Assembly (NCBI GenBank): GCA_003483745.1
Contig: DMYD01000042.1
Location: 101,212 to 165,211, forward strand
From: Roseburia sp.
Lineage (GTDB): Bacteria; Bacillota; Clostridia; Lachnospirales; Lachnospiraceae
Direction: 5' to 3'
Length of the DNA: 64,000 bases
The notes beneath the pieces were generated by a model. The model did no database searches. It was given only the letters and a program-made list of their open reading frames with translations, and was not told the origin of the DNA. Below are positions 48,744-58,881 of this stretch, piece by piece. Made by a program: the position numbers and the translations under genes. Positions within the stretch are counted from its first letter, which is position 1; each line of letters opens with the position of its first letter.

Positions 48744-50837
48744 ATGTATAAAAGTTTTTCAATGGAACTTGCCGGCAGAACACTGACCGTGGATATCGGC
48801 AGAGTATGTGCCCAGGCGAATGGAGCCACATTATTAAAATACGGTGATACAACAGTCTTATCTACCGCTACTGCATCAGACAAGCCAAGAGATGGTGTTG
48901 ATTTCTTCCCACTCAGTGTTGAGTACGAAGAGAAAATGTATGCAGTCGGAAAGATTCCTGGCGGATTTAACAAGAGAGAGGGTAAGGCGTCTGAAAATGC
49001 AATCCTTACTTCCCGTGTAATCGATCGCCCGATGCGTCCATTATTCCCGAAAGATTACCGCAATGATGTGACCATCAACAACATGGTTATGTCCGTTGAT
49101 ACAGAGTGCCGTCCGGAAGTTGTTGCAATGATCGGTTCTGCACTTGCAGTTACTATTTCTGATATCCCATTTGCAGGTCCTTGTGCCATGACACAGATGG
49201 GTATGGTAGATGGCGAGTTTATTATCAATCCTTCCCAGAAAGTATGGGATACCGGTGATTTACAGCTTACCGTTGCATCTACCGCTGAGAAAGTTATCAT
49301 GATCGAAGCAGGCGCAAACGAGATTCCGGAAGAGAAGATGATCGAGGCAATCTATAAATGTCATGATGTAAACCAGACCATCATCGCTTTTATCAACCAT
49401 ATCGTAGAAGAAGTTGGCAAGCCAAAACACGAGTATACAAGCTGTGCGATTCCGGAAGAGATGTTTGCTGCGATCAAAGAGATCGTAACACCGGAGCAGA
49501 TGGAAGAGGCTGTATTTACCGATGAGAAACAGAAACGTGAAGAAAATATCCGTGAGATCACAGATAAACTTGCTGAGGCATTTGCAGATAACGAAGAGTG
49601 GTTGGCAGTGCTTGGTGAGGCTGTTTACCAGTATCAGAAAAAGACCGTCCGTAAGATGATCTTAAAAGATCACAAACGTCCGGATGGTCGTGCGATCAAC
49701 CAGATCCGTCCACTTGCAGCAGAGGTTGACCTGATTCCTAGAGTTCATGGTTCCGCAATGTTTACCCGTGGACAGACACAGATCTGTGACGTTGTCACAT
49801 TAGCTCCGCTTTCTGAAGTACAGAAGATTGACGGATTAGATGAGAACATCACAACAAAGAGATATATCCATCAGTACAACTTCCCTGCATATTCTGTAGG
49901 TGAGACAAAAGTTTCCCGTGGACCGGGACGCCGTGAGATCGGTCATGGTGCATTAGCAGAGAAGGCGCTTATGGCAGTCCTTCCTTCGGAGGAAGAGTTC
50001 CCATATGCAATCCGTGCCGTATCCGAGACATTTGAGTCAAACGGTTCTACTTCCATGGCATCTACCTGTGCATCCTGTATGTCTTTAATGGCAGCAGGTG
50101 TTCCGTTAAAAGCAATGGTTGCAGGTATTTCCTGTGGTCTTGTAACCGGAGAGACAGATGATGATTATCTTGTTCTTACCGATATCCAGGGACTTGAGGA
50201 TTTCTTCGGAGATATGGACTTTAAAGTGACCGGTACACACAAAGGTATCACTGCAATCCAGATGGATATTAAGATTCATGGTCTTACAAGACCGATCGTT
50301 GAGGAAGCAATTGGACGTGCGAGAGAGGCAAGAATCTACATCATGGATGAGGTTATGTCGAAAGCGATCGAAGAGCCAAGAAAAGAAGTCAGCACCTATG
50401 CACCGAAGATTGTACAGATTCAGATCAATCCGGACAAGATCGGTGATGTAGTCGGACAGAGAGGTAAGACGATCAATGAGATCATCGACCGTACAGGCGT
50501 TAAGATCGATATTACCGATGATGGTGCGGTATCTGTATGTGGCACAGACGCTGAAATGATGAACAAAGCGATTGAAATGATCAAGATCATCACAACTGAT
50601 TTTGCAGAGGGACAGATTTTTACCGGTACAGTTGTAAGCATCAAAGAGTTTGGTGCATTTGTAGAGTTTGCTCCTGGAAAAGAGGGAATGGTTCATATTT
50701 CTAAGATTTCCAAAGAACGTATCAACCGCGTGGAAGATGTTCTGACATTAGGAGATAAAGTAAAAGTTGTCTGCCTTGGAAAAGATAAGATGGGACGTAT
50801 CAGCTTCTCTATGAAGGATGTTCCGGCAGAGGCATAA
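48744..50837 (+). CDS. pnp: Polyribonucleotide nucleotidyltransferase (PNPase)
   Basis: Two RNase PH domains plus KH (DKIGDVVGQRGKTI) and S1 domains. The start is at the ATG 6 nt after AAAGGAGAAAA; the track ORF begins upstream. Confidence 0.95.
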   Translation: MYKSFSMELAGRTLTVDIGRVCAQANGATLLKYGDTTVLSTATASDKPRDGVDFFPLSVEYEEKMYAVGKIPGGFNKREGKASENAILTSRVIDRPMRPLFPKDYRNDVTINNMVMSVDTECRPEVVAMIGSALAVTISDIPFAGPCAMTQMGMVDGEFIINPSQKVWDTGDLQLTVASTAEKVIMIEAGANEIPEEKMIEAIYKCHDVNQTIIAFINHIVEEVGKPKHEYTSCAIPEEMFAAIKEIVTPEQMEEAVFTDEKQKREENIREITDKLAEAFADNEEWLAVLGEAVYQYQKKTVRKMILKDHKRPDGRAINQIRPLAAEVDLIPRVHGSAMFTRGQTQICDVVTLAPLSEVQKIDGLDENITTKRYIHQYNFPAYSVGETKVSRGPGRREIGHGALAEKALMAVLPSEEEFPYAIRAVSETFESNGSTSMASTCASCMSLMAAGVPLKAMVAGISCGLVTGETDDDYLVLTDIQGLEDFFGDMDFKVTGTHKGITAIQMDIKIHGLTRPIVEEAIGRAREARIYIMDEVMSKAIEEPRKEVSTYAPKIVQIQINPDKIGDVVGQRGKTINEIIDRTGVKIDITDDGAVSVCGTDAEMMNKAIEMIKIITTDFAEGQIFTGTVVSIKEFGAFVEFAPGKEGMVHISKISKERINRVEDVLTLGDKVKVVCLGKDKMGRISFSMKDVPAEA

Positions 50838-50888
50838 AAAATTTACAATTTAAAAATTGCAAATGGTCTGTAGACAAAATATATAGAC

Positions 50889-50933
50889 AAAAAGAACTGC
50901 ATGTTTCTTAGATGAACATGCAGTTCTTTTTTG
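50889..50933. terminator. Bidirectional intrinsic terminator between pnp (+) and the PII-like gene (-)
   Basis: A-run, then aagaactgcatgtt / aacatgcagttctt (14-bp perfect stem), then a T-run. Confidence 0.8.
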
Positions 50934-51043
50934 TAATTCATGATAAATAGAACGTTCGCGAAGCATGCATTCTATTGTAAAGTTCAAAAACCAGCAATTT
51001 GGCAACAGATAAAGATAACGGAATAGCAATAGCACTATCGGCA

Positions 51044-51739
51044 TTATAATCCCATAATTCCGTCCACAGGCAGGGAAAAAGCAACTCCATGTGCAGGAGA
51101 GTCGATGCCATGTGTGGAGCTGATCGCCTGCATGATCTGTGTCTTTTTATCTTTTGGAACAACGATCGCGACAATCTCCTGTTCTTCCTGAATTGTAATG
51201 CCAAAAATGACGGCTGATTTTCCGGGACTACAACGCAGACCTTTTAAAATTGTACCTCCGGTTGCACCGGCGGCGCGTGCGGTATTCATGACAGCGTTAC
51301 TGTATCCCTGATTGATTGTTACAAGAATCATAGCATGTGTAATTGTGTCACTCATTTTTTTCACTTCCTTTTCGGCATCTTCTTTGTCTGATTCAGCAGT
51401 GTGTTCGTTTAAAAGTTTATAGAGGAAACCCTGCATACCGTTCATTGGAATACTGACAGCGATACCGGTTCCTTTTTTATGGAGGCTTAATGCCTGATTC
51501 ATTTCAGCGAGCAGAATTTTTTTCCGCCCGTTTGGGATAAAACAGAGTGTAATACTTTTCTGGATACTTCCAAGACCACATAATTCTAACCATTCTGAAC
51601 TGGCTGTGCCGATACCATGCATCTGATAATAGACTGGTATATGGGAATCTGCTAAAAATTCACATAACCGCTCTCTGATATGGGAGTCTGTTATAATTAC
51701 AAGGCAGCGGTAAGCTTCTTGTTTTTTTGATTCCTGCAT
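51044..51739 (-). CDS. Fused tandem PII-like (GlnB-like fold) protein, two domains of ~110 aa each
   Basis: Both halves show a ferredoxin-like beta-alpha-beta pattern. The second half MILVTINQGYSNAVMNTARAAGATGGTIL resembles PII-family T-loop-proximal motifs. The start overlaps the stop of the upstream DUF1538 gene. Confidence 0.55.
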   Translation of the reverse strand: MQESKKQEAYRCLVIITDSHIRERLCEFLADSHIPVYYQMHGIGTASSEWLELCGLGSIQKSITLCFIPNGRKKILLAEMNQALSLHKKGTGIAVSIPMNGMQGFLYKLLNEHTAESDKEDAEKEVKKMSDTITHAMILVTINQGYSNAVMNTARAAGATGGTILKGLRCSPGKSAVIFGITIQEEQEIVAIVVPKDKKTQIMQAISSTHGIDSPAHGVAFSLPVDGIMGL

Positions 51740-51741
51740 CG

Positions 51742-53265
51742 TTAAAAATCCTCCTCAAAATCCAGAATTTCATTGTCATCAATTCCAATGATTGCAGCGG
51801 CAGCGGCATTTGCTTTCTTTAATTTCATATTATAAGAAACACCCATGAGCTGAACTGCGATTAATGGTGCCATGGCAACCATAGCGACAACTCCGAAAGC
51901 ATCTGTTACAACATTGCCTCCGATTGCAGTACATGCACCCATGGCAAGCGGGAGCAGGAAAGTGGAAGTCATAGGACCACTCGCAACACCGCCGGAGTCA
52001 AATGCAATACCGACAAACACTTTAGGAACAAATTTTGTCAGAATCAGTGCGATCAGGTATCCCGGTATTAAAAGCCAGTAAATATTTAAACCGGTAAGAA
52101 CGCGCAGCAGGGCAAGTGCAACTGAGGCTGATACACCGATCGACAGGCTTAAATTCATCGTATCCCTGGAAATGGAACCGTTTGTGACATCCTCAACCTG
52201 ACGGTTTAATACCTGAACAGCAGGTTCTGCTTTTACAATATAATAACCGATCAGGGCACCGATTGGAATTAAAATCCATTTCCATGACTGTCCGGCAAGA
52301 CTGCTTCCTAAAAGACTTCCAACTGGTGCAAATCCGACGTTTACACCGGTTAAGAAAAGAATCAGACCGATGATCGTGTAGAGAAAACCGATGATCATTT
52401 TGATCATCTGTGACTTGTGGTAACGTCTGGAAATAAGCTGGAAGATCAGAAATACGAAAACAACCGGAAGGATGGAGAGCAGTACCTCTTTGGCATAATC
52501 CGGTATCATATGTACGAATTCACGGATCACATCCTGCATTGTGATCACATCCGGAATCGTTGTTTCATTGTATGCGGCACCAGAAGGATGATAAAAGATA
52601 CCAAGCAATAGAACCATTAAAACTGGACCGACACTGCAAAAGGAGATCAGACCGAAACTGTCGCTGGAACCATTTTTATCATTTCTGGTTGCAGAGAGAC
52701 CAACGCCGATTGCCATGATAAAAGGAACTGTCATAGGACCGGTTGTCACACCGCCGGAGTCAAATGCGACTGCGATAAAATCAGCAGGTGCTGCAAAAGA
52801 AAGGAAAAACAGTGCGATATAAAAAATGCACAGCAGAACCGGAAGACTGATCCGGAAAAGGATACGGAGTACTGCAACTACAAGGAATACGCCGACACCA
52901 AGTGCAACGGTAAAGATCAGGGTATTATTTGGAATGGAAGGAACCTGATTTGCAAGAACCTGAAGATCAGGCTCTGCGAGAGTTATGATAACACCCATCA
53001 GAAAGCATACGCCGATCAAAACGGGAAGTTTTCTTGTTTTCATAATAGAAGAACCAACGCCTTCTCCGAGAGGTGTCATGGCGGTTTCAGCACCGAGCTG
53101 GAAAAAAGCCATACCGATGATCAGCATAAATGCACCGACTAAGAACAGGGCAATCGTTCCTGTTTCCATAGGAACAACAAAAATGGAAAGCAAAAGAACA
53201 ATCACAGTGATCGGCAAAACTGCATTTACGGATTCGTCAAATTTTTCTTTGAGTTTTTTGTTCAA
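51742..53265 (-). CDS. DUF1538 family polytopic membrane protein (two internal repeats)
   Basis: 507 aa with ~12 TM segments and an internal duplication. Repeated motifs are AFDSGGVTTGPMTVPF and AFDSGGVASGPMTSTF. Confidence 0.65.
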   Translation of the reverse strand: MNKKLKEKFDESVNAVLPITVIVLLLSIFVVPMETGTIALFLVGAFMLIIGMAFFQLGAETAMTPLGEGVGSSIMKTRKLPVLIGVCFLMGVIITLAEPDLQVLANQVPSIPNNTLIFTVALGVGVFLVVAVLRILFRISLPVLLCIFYIALFFLSFAAPADFIAVAFDSGGVTTGPMTVPFIMAIGVGLSATRNDKNGSSDSFGLISFCSVGPVLMVLLLGIFYHPSGAAYNETTIPDVITMQDVIREFVHMIPDYAKEVLLSILPVVFVFLIFQLISRRYHKSQMIKMIIGFLYTIIGLILFLTGVNVGFAPVGSLLGSSLAGQSWKWILIPIGALIGYYIVKAEPAVQVLNRQVEDVTNGSISRDTMNLSLSIGVSASVALALLRVLTGLNIYWLLIPGYLIALILTKFVPKVFVGIAFDSGGVASGPMTSTFLLPLAMGACTAIGGNVVTDAFGVVAMVAMAPLIAVQLMGVSYNMKLKKANAAAAAIIGIDDNEILDFEEDF

Positions 53266-53352
53266 GATGGCATCACACTACTTTCTTTTTTTGATTTTTA
53301 AAGCGAACCAAAATAGTTCACTAATTAACTATTATTTATTGTAAGGAAAATC

Positions 53353-54396
53353 ATGCCTGGTGTCAAACGTTCTTCTGAATATTCAGAAAAATTTAACATT
53401 TTCTTATCATTTTTGGCAGAAAATAAGTTTCTTCATATAATAATATGGAAATTCGTTGACAGAATGGAAGATGCTATGGATCGGGTTAAGAAGATCATTC
53501 ACACAGATTATGCATATAGATCAGGACTTAGCGGGCAGAATGTTACTGTTGCAGTGATGGATACGGGGATTGTTGCGCATCCTGACTTTGAAGATAGAAT
53601 TATATGTTTTCAGGATTTTTGTAATGGAAGAAAGGAAATGTATGATGACAATGGGCACGGCACCCATGTTTCGGGCATTATTGCAGGAAACGGAAAAATG
53701 TCAGAGCAGTATCTGAAAGGCACAGCACATAAGGTTCGGATATACAGCGGAGTTGCACCGAAATGCAGAATTATAATGTTAAAAGTTTTAGATGAAAATG
53801 GAAATGGAAACACAAGAAAAGTACTGGATGCTGTGCAGTGGGTTAAAGATAACAGGGAACGTTATCATATCAGAATATTAAATATATCCGTTGGGATGCT
53901 GCCGGGTGCAGGCGTGGAGGAACAGAGAAAACTATTACATGCAATTGATGAACTGTGGGATGCAGGAATCATGGTTGTTGCTGCAGCCGGAAATAACGGA
54001 CCAAAAGAAAATACGGTGACGATTCCGGGAATTTCAAGGAAAATACTGACAGTCGGAAGCGGCGATGATGACACATATGACCGGGTGAGAAAAGCTTTAA
54101 AAACCGGATACAGTGGCAGAGGACCAACTGCATGCTGTATTGTAAAGCCGGAGATCTTTGCTCCGGGAACCGGCATTACAAGCTGCAGCAGGGATAAAAC
54201 CGGATATCAGGTGAAAAGTGGGACTTCTATGGCGGCACCGGTTGTTTCAGGGGCACTTGCACTTGCATTTGAAAAATATCCATCATTTACTCCGGCAGAA
54301 ATGAAGCTGCGTCTTTACGAGAGAGCTTATCCAAGAAGTTCACAGCTTGGAAAAATTGGCTGGGGGATGATTCATGTAGATCATCTCGTACGTTGA
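53353..54396 (+). CDS. S8 family serine peptidase (subtilisin-like), no recognisable signal peptide
   Basis: Catalytic triad motifs VAVMDTGI (Asp), HGTHVSGIIAG (His) and GTSMAAPVVSGA (Ser). The start is uncertain: ATG 53353 has an AAGGAAAA RBS; 53464 and 53476 are alternatives. Confidence 0.8.
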   Translation: MPGVKRSSEYSEKFNIFLSFLAENKFLHIIIWKFVDRMEDAMDRVKKIIHTDYAYRSGLSGQNVTVAVMDTGIVAHPDFEDRIICFQDFCNGRKEMYDDNGHGTHVSGIIAGNGKMSEQYLKGTAHKVRIYSGVAPKCRIIMLKVLDENGNGNTRKVLDAVQWVKDNRERYHIRILNISVGMLPGAGVEEQRKLLHAIDELWDAGIMVVAAAGNNGPKENTVTIPGISRKILTVGSGDDDTYDRVRKALKTGYSGRGPTACCIVKPEIFAPGTGITSCSRDKTGYQVKSGTSMAAPVVSGALALAFEKYPSFTPAEMKLRLYERAYPRSSQLGKIGWGMIHVDHLVR

Positions 54397-54481
54397 CTTT
54401 TGAATGGAAAATTATTACAATAAGCACAATTGATGAAAAATCAGTATTTGATTGAGAAACAGCGCAGAAATGGAGATCTGT

Positions 54482-56017
54482 ATGAAGAAAATATTACATC
54501 TCATATTTGGAAGATTTTTTGTAGTTGCCATGGCAATTATTTTACAGGTGTTATGGTTGTGTGTCGTATTGTGGCAGCTCAGTTACAAATTCACGTATGT
54601 CAATTTGCTTGTCCGTGTGATCGCGATCATTGTTGTACTTATAATTGTCAACAAATGGACAAATCCGGCAAATAAACTCTCGTGGACGTTTTTGATATTA
54701 TTGTCGCCGATTTTTGGACTCATGGTATATTTTTTATTCGGAAGATCCGGTCTCACAAAACATACGAGAGAGAGAATGGACGCAGTCAATCAACAGGTGG
54801 AAGCTTTGTTTCAGCGGGATATTGCAGCAGAAGAAAAACTGGAAAAAGAAAGCCGGTCGGCATATCTGCAGTCATCTTATATTGATAAATGGGCGGGATT
54901 TCCATTATATCAGAACACACAGACAAAATATTATCGCTGTGGGGAAGAAATGTTCCCGGATATGTTAGATGCGCTGCGCAGTGCAAAACATTTTATTTTT
55001 CTTGAATATTTTATCATCGAGGAAGGGTATATGTTTAATACGATCCTTGATATTCTGGAAGAAAAAGCAAAAGCCGGGGTAGATGTACGTTTTATTTATG
55101 ATGATGTCGGCAGTATCAATTCCATTTCCTTCGGATATTATAAAAAACTGCAGGAGAGAGGCATTCCGTGTGTGACATTCAATCCGTTTAAACCCCTGAT
55201 TTCTGTTGTGATGAATAATCGCGATCACCGCAAGATTTTTGTGGTGGATGGCTATATCGGATTTACAGGTGGTATTAATCTTGCGGACGAATATATCAAC
55301 AAAGTAAAAAGATTTGGTTATTGGAAAGACACTGGAGTAAGGATCGAGGGTGAGGCAGTCTGGAGTCTTACGGCAATGTTTCTTGAAATGTGGAATTATA
55401 TCAATCGTTCCACGGAAGATTACAGCAGATTTCTGCCGTTTGTTTATCAGGAGAAGAAATTTATTTCCGATGGATTTGTGCAGCCGTATGGTGACAGTCC
55501 GCTTGATAATGAAAACGTCGGAGAAAATATTTATTTAAATATCATAAACCGTGCAAAGAGATATGTATATATTTTTACACCATATCTGATCATTGACCAT
55601 GAGATGCTGATCTGTCTTTCGAATGCGGCAAAGAGCGGGGTGGATGTAAGAATTGTGACACCCGGAGTGCCGGATAAAAAGGCAGTATACCTTCTGACAC
55701 AGTCTTATTATGAACCGCTTTTGAAAAATGGCGTAAGGATTTTTCAGTATACACCCGGATTCATCCATGCAAAATGCTTTGTCTGCGATGATGAGATCGC
55801 GACAGTCGGCAGTGTAAACCTTGACTACCGGAGTTTGTTTTTGCATTTTGAGTGTGGTGTATTTATGTATCAGTCTAAGGCAGTCATGCAGGTAAAAGAA
55901 GACTGCCTTAAGACATTTGATGATTCAAAGGAGATGGATGTTGCATTCTGCCGGGGAAGAAAACTTCCGGTGCGTATGGTACAGAGTCTGATGCGGCTGT
56001 TTGCACCGTTGTTATAA
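54482..56017 (+). CDS. cls: Cardiolipin synthase
   Basis: Two N-terminal TM helices and two HKD motifs (HRKIFVVDG; HAKCFVCDD). The start is at the ATG after GGAGA; the track ORF starts upstream. Confidence 0.85.
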   Translation: MKKILHLIFGRFFVVAMAIILQVLWLCVVLWQLSYKFTYVNLLVRVIAIIVVLIIVNKWTNPANKLSWTFLILLSPIFGLMVYFLFGRSGLTKHTRERMDAVNQQVEALFQRDIAAEEKLEKESRSAYLQSSYIDKWAGFPLYQNTQTKYYRCGEEMFPDMLDALRSAKHFIFLEYFIIEEGYMFNTILDILEEKAKAGVDVRFIYDDVGSINSISFGYYKKLQERGIPCVTFNPFKPLISVVMNNRDHRKIFVVDGYIGFTGGINLADEYINKVKRFGYWKDTGVRIEGEAVWSLTAMFLEMWNYINRSTEDYSRFLPFVYQEKKFISDGFVQPYGDSPLDNENVGENIYLNIINRAKRYVYIFTPYLIIDHEMLICLSNAAKSGVDVRIVTPGVPDKKAVYLLTQSYYEPLLKNGVRIFQYTPGFIHAKCFVCDDEIATVGSVNLDYRSLFLHFECGVFMYQSKAVMQVKEDCLKTFDDSKEMDVAFCRGRKLPVRMVQSLMRLFAPLL

Positions 56018-56069
56018 GTCGAAAGATCAGGCTGCTTTAAAATATGCAATTAATATGATGACCAGCTCT

Positions 56070-57287
56070 CTATGGAACGAAGTAGAGCAGAGCACGGCCA
56101 AAATAGTCTTTATAAGTTGCAGCGTCTACGGTATCTGTATATATGATACTGACACTGCCGATGGGCGTTCCGTTTAAAGAATAAACCGCCTTTCCGGCAG
56201 TGTCTCCTTTTTTTAGAGGGGCGGTGACAGCTTCCGGCAGTTCAATGTTTTTTACAATGCCGGTAAGATCACTTCCATCGGTTGTCATATACTGAAAAGG
56301 TCTCTGATAAGCTACTCCGACAGAATCCGTAATTCCTTTTTTTACGGGAAGCTCATTCAGCGTATCTTCGTGATTGTCACAGTAGATCCGGCATTTTCCA
56401 AACCCGTAATTTAACAGTGTTGTTGCATCGGCAGAACGCGATTTAATATCGGGAGCCCCCATGATGACAGCAATCAGCTCCATGTTGTCTTTTTTTGCGG
56501 TTGCGGAAATGCAGTACATGGCTGTACTGGTAAATCCGGTTTTCAGACCGGTGGCATACTGGTAATGCCGGATCAGTTTGTTTGTGTTTGTAAGGCAAAA
56601 CTCTGAGGAACCTTTTGCGGTAGTGTGAGTGATGTTTTCCATCCAGATTGTGCAGTAATCATGGATTTTTGGATATTTTGAGATCAATTCACGGGACATC
56701 AGTGCAATGTCATTTGCGCTTGTCATATGTCCTTCGGCATCTAAACCACAACAGTTGACAAAGGTGGTGTCATTCATTCCAAGCCCTTTCGCACGTTCAT
56801 TCATCATGCGGACAAATTCTGATTCAGAGCCTGCAACATGTTCAGCCATGGCAACACAGGCGTCGTTTGCACTGGCGACACTGATACATTTGATCATTGT
56901 ATCAACGGTCTGTGTTTCACCAGACTCTAAAAAAACCTGTGAACCTCCCATGCTGGCTGCATATTCGGAGACGGTCACAGTGTCATCTAAGGAAATTTGC
57001 CCGGAGGAAAGAGCGTCAAAAATTAAAAGCAGCGTCATAATTTTAGTGACACTCGCCGGATGCCTTACTTCGTGGGAATTTTTTTCATAGACGATGGCGC
57101 CGGTAGAGGCCTCCATTAAAATGGCACTCGGTGCGGAAATATTTAAGTCTGCGGCTGGTGCAGTATCCGTCTGGGAAATAAAAGAGAGGGAATCTGTGGC
57201 GCCTGGAATGAGACAGGAAGATACAGGAAGTATCGCACTTTGCATAAAAAGATTCAGACCAAGCAGAATGGAAAACATAAATTTCAA
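56070..57287 (-). CDS. D-alanyl-D-alanine carboxypeptidase (S11, PBP5-like)
   Basis: A signal peptide, SVTK (SxxK), SAND (SxN) and KTG motifs. Confidence 0.8.
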   Translation of the reverse strand: MKFMFSILLGLNLFMQSAILPVSSCLIPGATDSLSFISQTDTAPAADLNISAPSAILMEASTGAIVYEKNSHEVRHPASVTKIMTLLLIFDALSSGQISLDDTVTVSEYAASMGGSQVFLESGETQTVDTMIKCISVASANDACVAMAEHVAGSESEFVRMMNERAKGLGMNDTTFVNCCGLDAEGHMTSANDIALMSRELISKYPKIHDYCTIWMENITHTTAKGSSEFCLTNTNKLIRHYQYATGLKTGFTSTAMYCISATAKKDNMELIAVIMGAPDIKSRSADATTLLNYGFGKCRIYCDNHEDTLNELPVKKGITDSVGVAYQRPFQYMTTDGSDLTGIVKNIELPEAVTAPLKKGDTAGKAVYSLNGTPIGSVSIIYTDTVDAATYKDYFGRALLYFVP

Positions 57288-57419
57288 AAATACGCCCTCC
57301 GTAGGGTTTTGTTATAATTTATTTTAGCGGCAGGGGATGTACATTATGCATAAAAATCTTGAATTTTGCTGGAATCCACGGTAAAATTAATATTTGTGGA
57401 ATGAGAGGGTATTACATAG

Positions 57420-58169
57420 ATGGAATTGACAGTAAAACTTCATGTGTTTGAGGGACCGTTAGATCTTCTTTTACATCTGTTAGAAAAAAATAAAGTTAAT
57501 ATATATGATATCCCAATTGTGGAGATCACGAATCAGTATATGGAATATATTGCCGAGATGCGCAGGCAGGACTTAAATGTTATGAGCGAGTTCCTTGTAA
57601 TGGCGGCAACATTACTTGATATTAAATCGAAAATGCTGCTTCCTGCAAAAGAAAGTGAAGATGAGGAAGAGGAAGATCCCAGGGCAGAACTTGTGCAGCA
57701 GCTGTTGGAATATAAAATGTATAAATGTATGGCATATGAACTTAAGGACCGCCAGATCGATGCAGAAAAGGTGATGTTTAAAGTGCCGACAATCCCACCG
57801 GAAGTACTTGCATATGAAGAACCGGTAAATGTGAATGAACTGATGTCCGGTGTAACGCTTGCAAGACTGAATGATATTTTTCAGGCGATTATAAAGAAAC
57901 AGGCAGACAAGATTGATCCGGTCCGCTCAAAGTTTGGAAAAATTGAAAAAGAGGAAGTATCCCTTTCTGATAAAATGGCATATGTGGAAGAATACAGTCT
58001 GCATCATGGACATTTTTCTTTCCGCAATCTTTTAGAAGCACAGTCCGGGAAAATGGAAGTAGTTGTGACATTCCTTGCAATATTAGAACTGATGAAGATG
58101 GGAAAAATTGTTGTGTCCCAGGAATATACGTTCGATGATATCATCATTGAGTCGAAAATTGCTGCGTAG
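57420..58169 (+). CDS. scpA: Segregation and condensation protein A
   Basis: FEGPLDLLLHLLEKNKVNIYDIPI, a canonical ScpA N-terminus. Confidence 0.9.
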   Translation: MELTVKLHVFEGPLDLLLHLLEKNKVNIYDIPIVEITNQYMEYIAEMRRQDLNVMSEFLVMAATLLDIKSKMLLPAKESEDEEEEDPRAELVQQLLEYKMYKCMAYELKDRQIDAEKVMFKVPTIPPEVLAYEEPVNVNELMSGVTLARLNDIFQAIIKKQADKIDPVRSKFGKIEKEEVSLSDKMAYVEEYSLHHGHFSFRNLLEAQSGKMEVVVTFLAILELMKMGKIVVSQEYTFDDIIIESKIAA

Positions 58170-58219
58170 CGTAAATGTGGGAAGAACTTTATTTTTATAT
58201 ATTGGAATAGAGGAGTCGT

Positions 58220-58789
58220 ATGGAAGAAAAAAAATATGAGGCAATCGTTGAAGCAATCCTGTTTACAATGGGAGAGTCGGTGGAATTAGAGCGTATAGCA
58301 AAAACACTGGAACTTGACACAGAACAGACAAAAAAGATTATAGAACATCTGATGCAGCGTTATGAGGATGACAGTGTCGGGGTTAAAATCATGGAACTTG
58401 ACGGTGCTTACCAGATGTGTACGAAAGGTGAAATGTACGAATATCTGGTACGAATCGCAAAACAGCCGAAAAAACATGTGCTTACCGATGTTTTATTGGA
58501 AACACTTTCAATTATTGCCTACAAACAGCCAATTACAAAGGCAGAGATTGAAAAAATCAGGGGTGTTTCCTGTGACCATGCGGTAAATAAACTGGTGGAG
58601 TATAATCTTGTGTGTGAACTGGGAAGGCTTGATGCGCCTGGCCGCCCATTGCTTTTTGGCACGACGGAAGAGTTCTTAAGAAGTTTTGGTGTACACTCCA
58701 TTGATGAACTTCCTGTGTTGAGTCCGGTTCAGGTAGAGGAATTTAAACAGGAGGCAGAAGCAGAAATGCATATGAAACTGGATGTCTGA
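58220..58789 (+). CDS. scpB: Segregation and condensation protein B
   Basis: A tandem winged-helix region (AILFTMGESVELERIAKTL...; ETLSIIAYKQPITKAEIEKIRGV). Confidence 0.9.
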   Translation: MEEKKYEAIVEAILFTMGESVELERIAKTLELDTEQTKKIIEHLMQRYEDDSVGVKIMELDGAYQMCTKGEMYEYLVRIAKQPKKHVLTDVLLETLSIIAYKQPITKAEIEKIRGVSCDHAVNKLVEYNLVCELGRLDAPGRPLLFGTTEEFLRSFGVHSIDELPVLSPVQVEEFKQEAEAEMHMKLDV

Positions 58790-58812
58790 TTCAGTTTCAT
58801 ATGCATTTTTTG
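58768..58812 (+). terminator. Intrinsic terminator overlapping the scpB stop
   Basis: gcatatgaaactg / cagtttcatatgc (13-bp stem) followed by ATTTTTTG. A second hairpin gcgtgtaa/ttacacgc follows. Confidence 0.7.
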
Positions 58813-58881
58813 CGTGTAACATGTATTTTTTACACGCAATGTACATAAGGATTGATGAAATGCTTTATTGGAGTTTCATAT

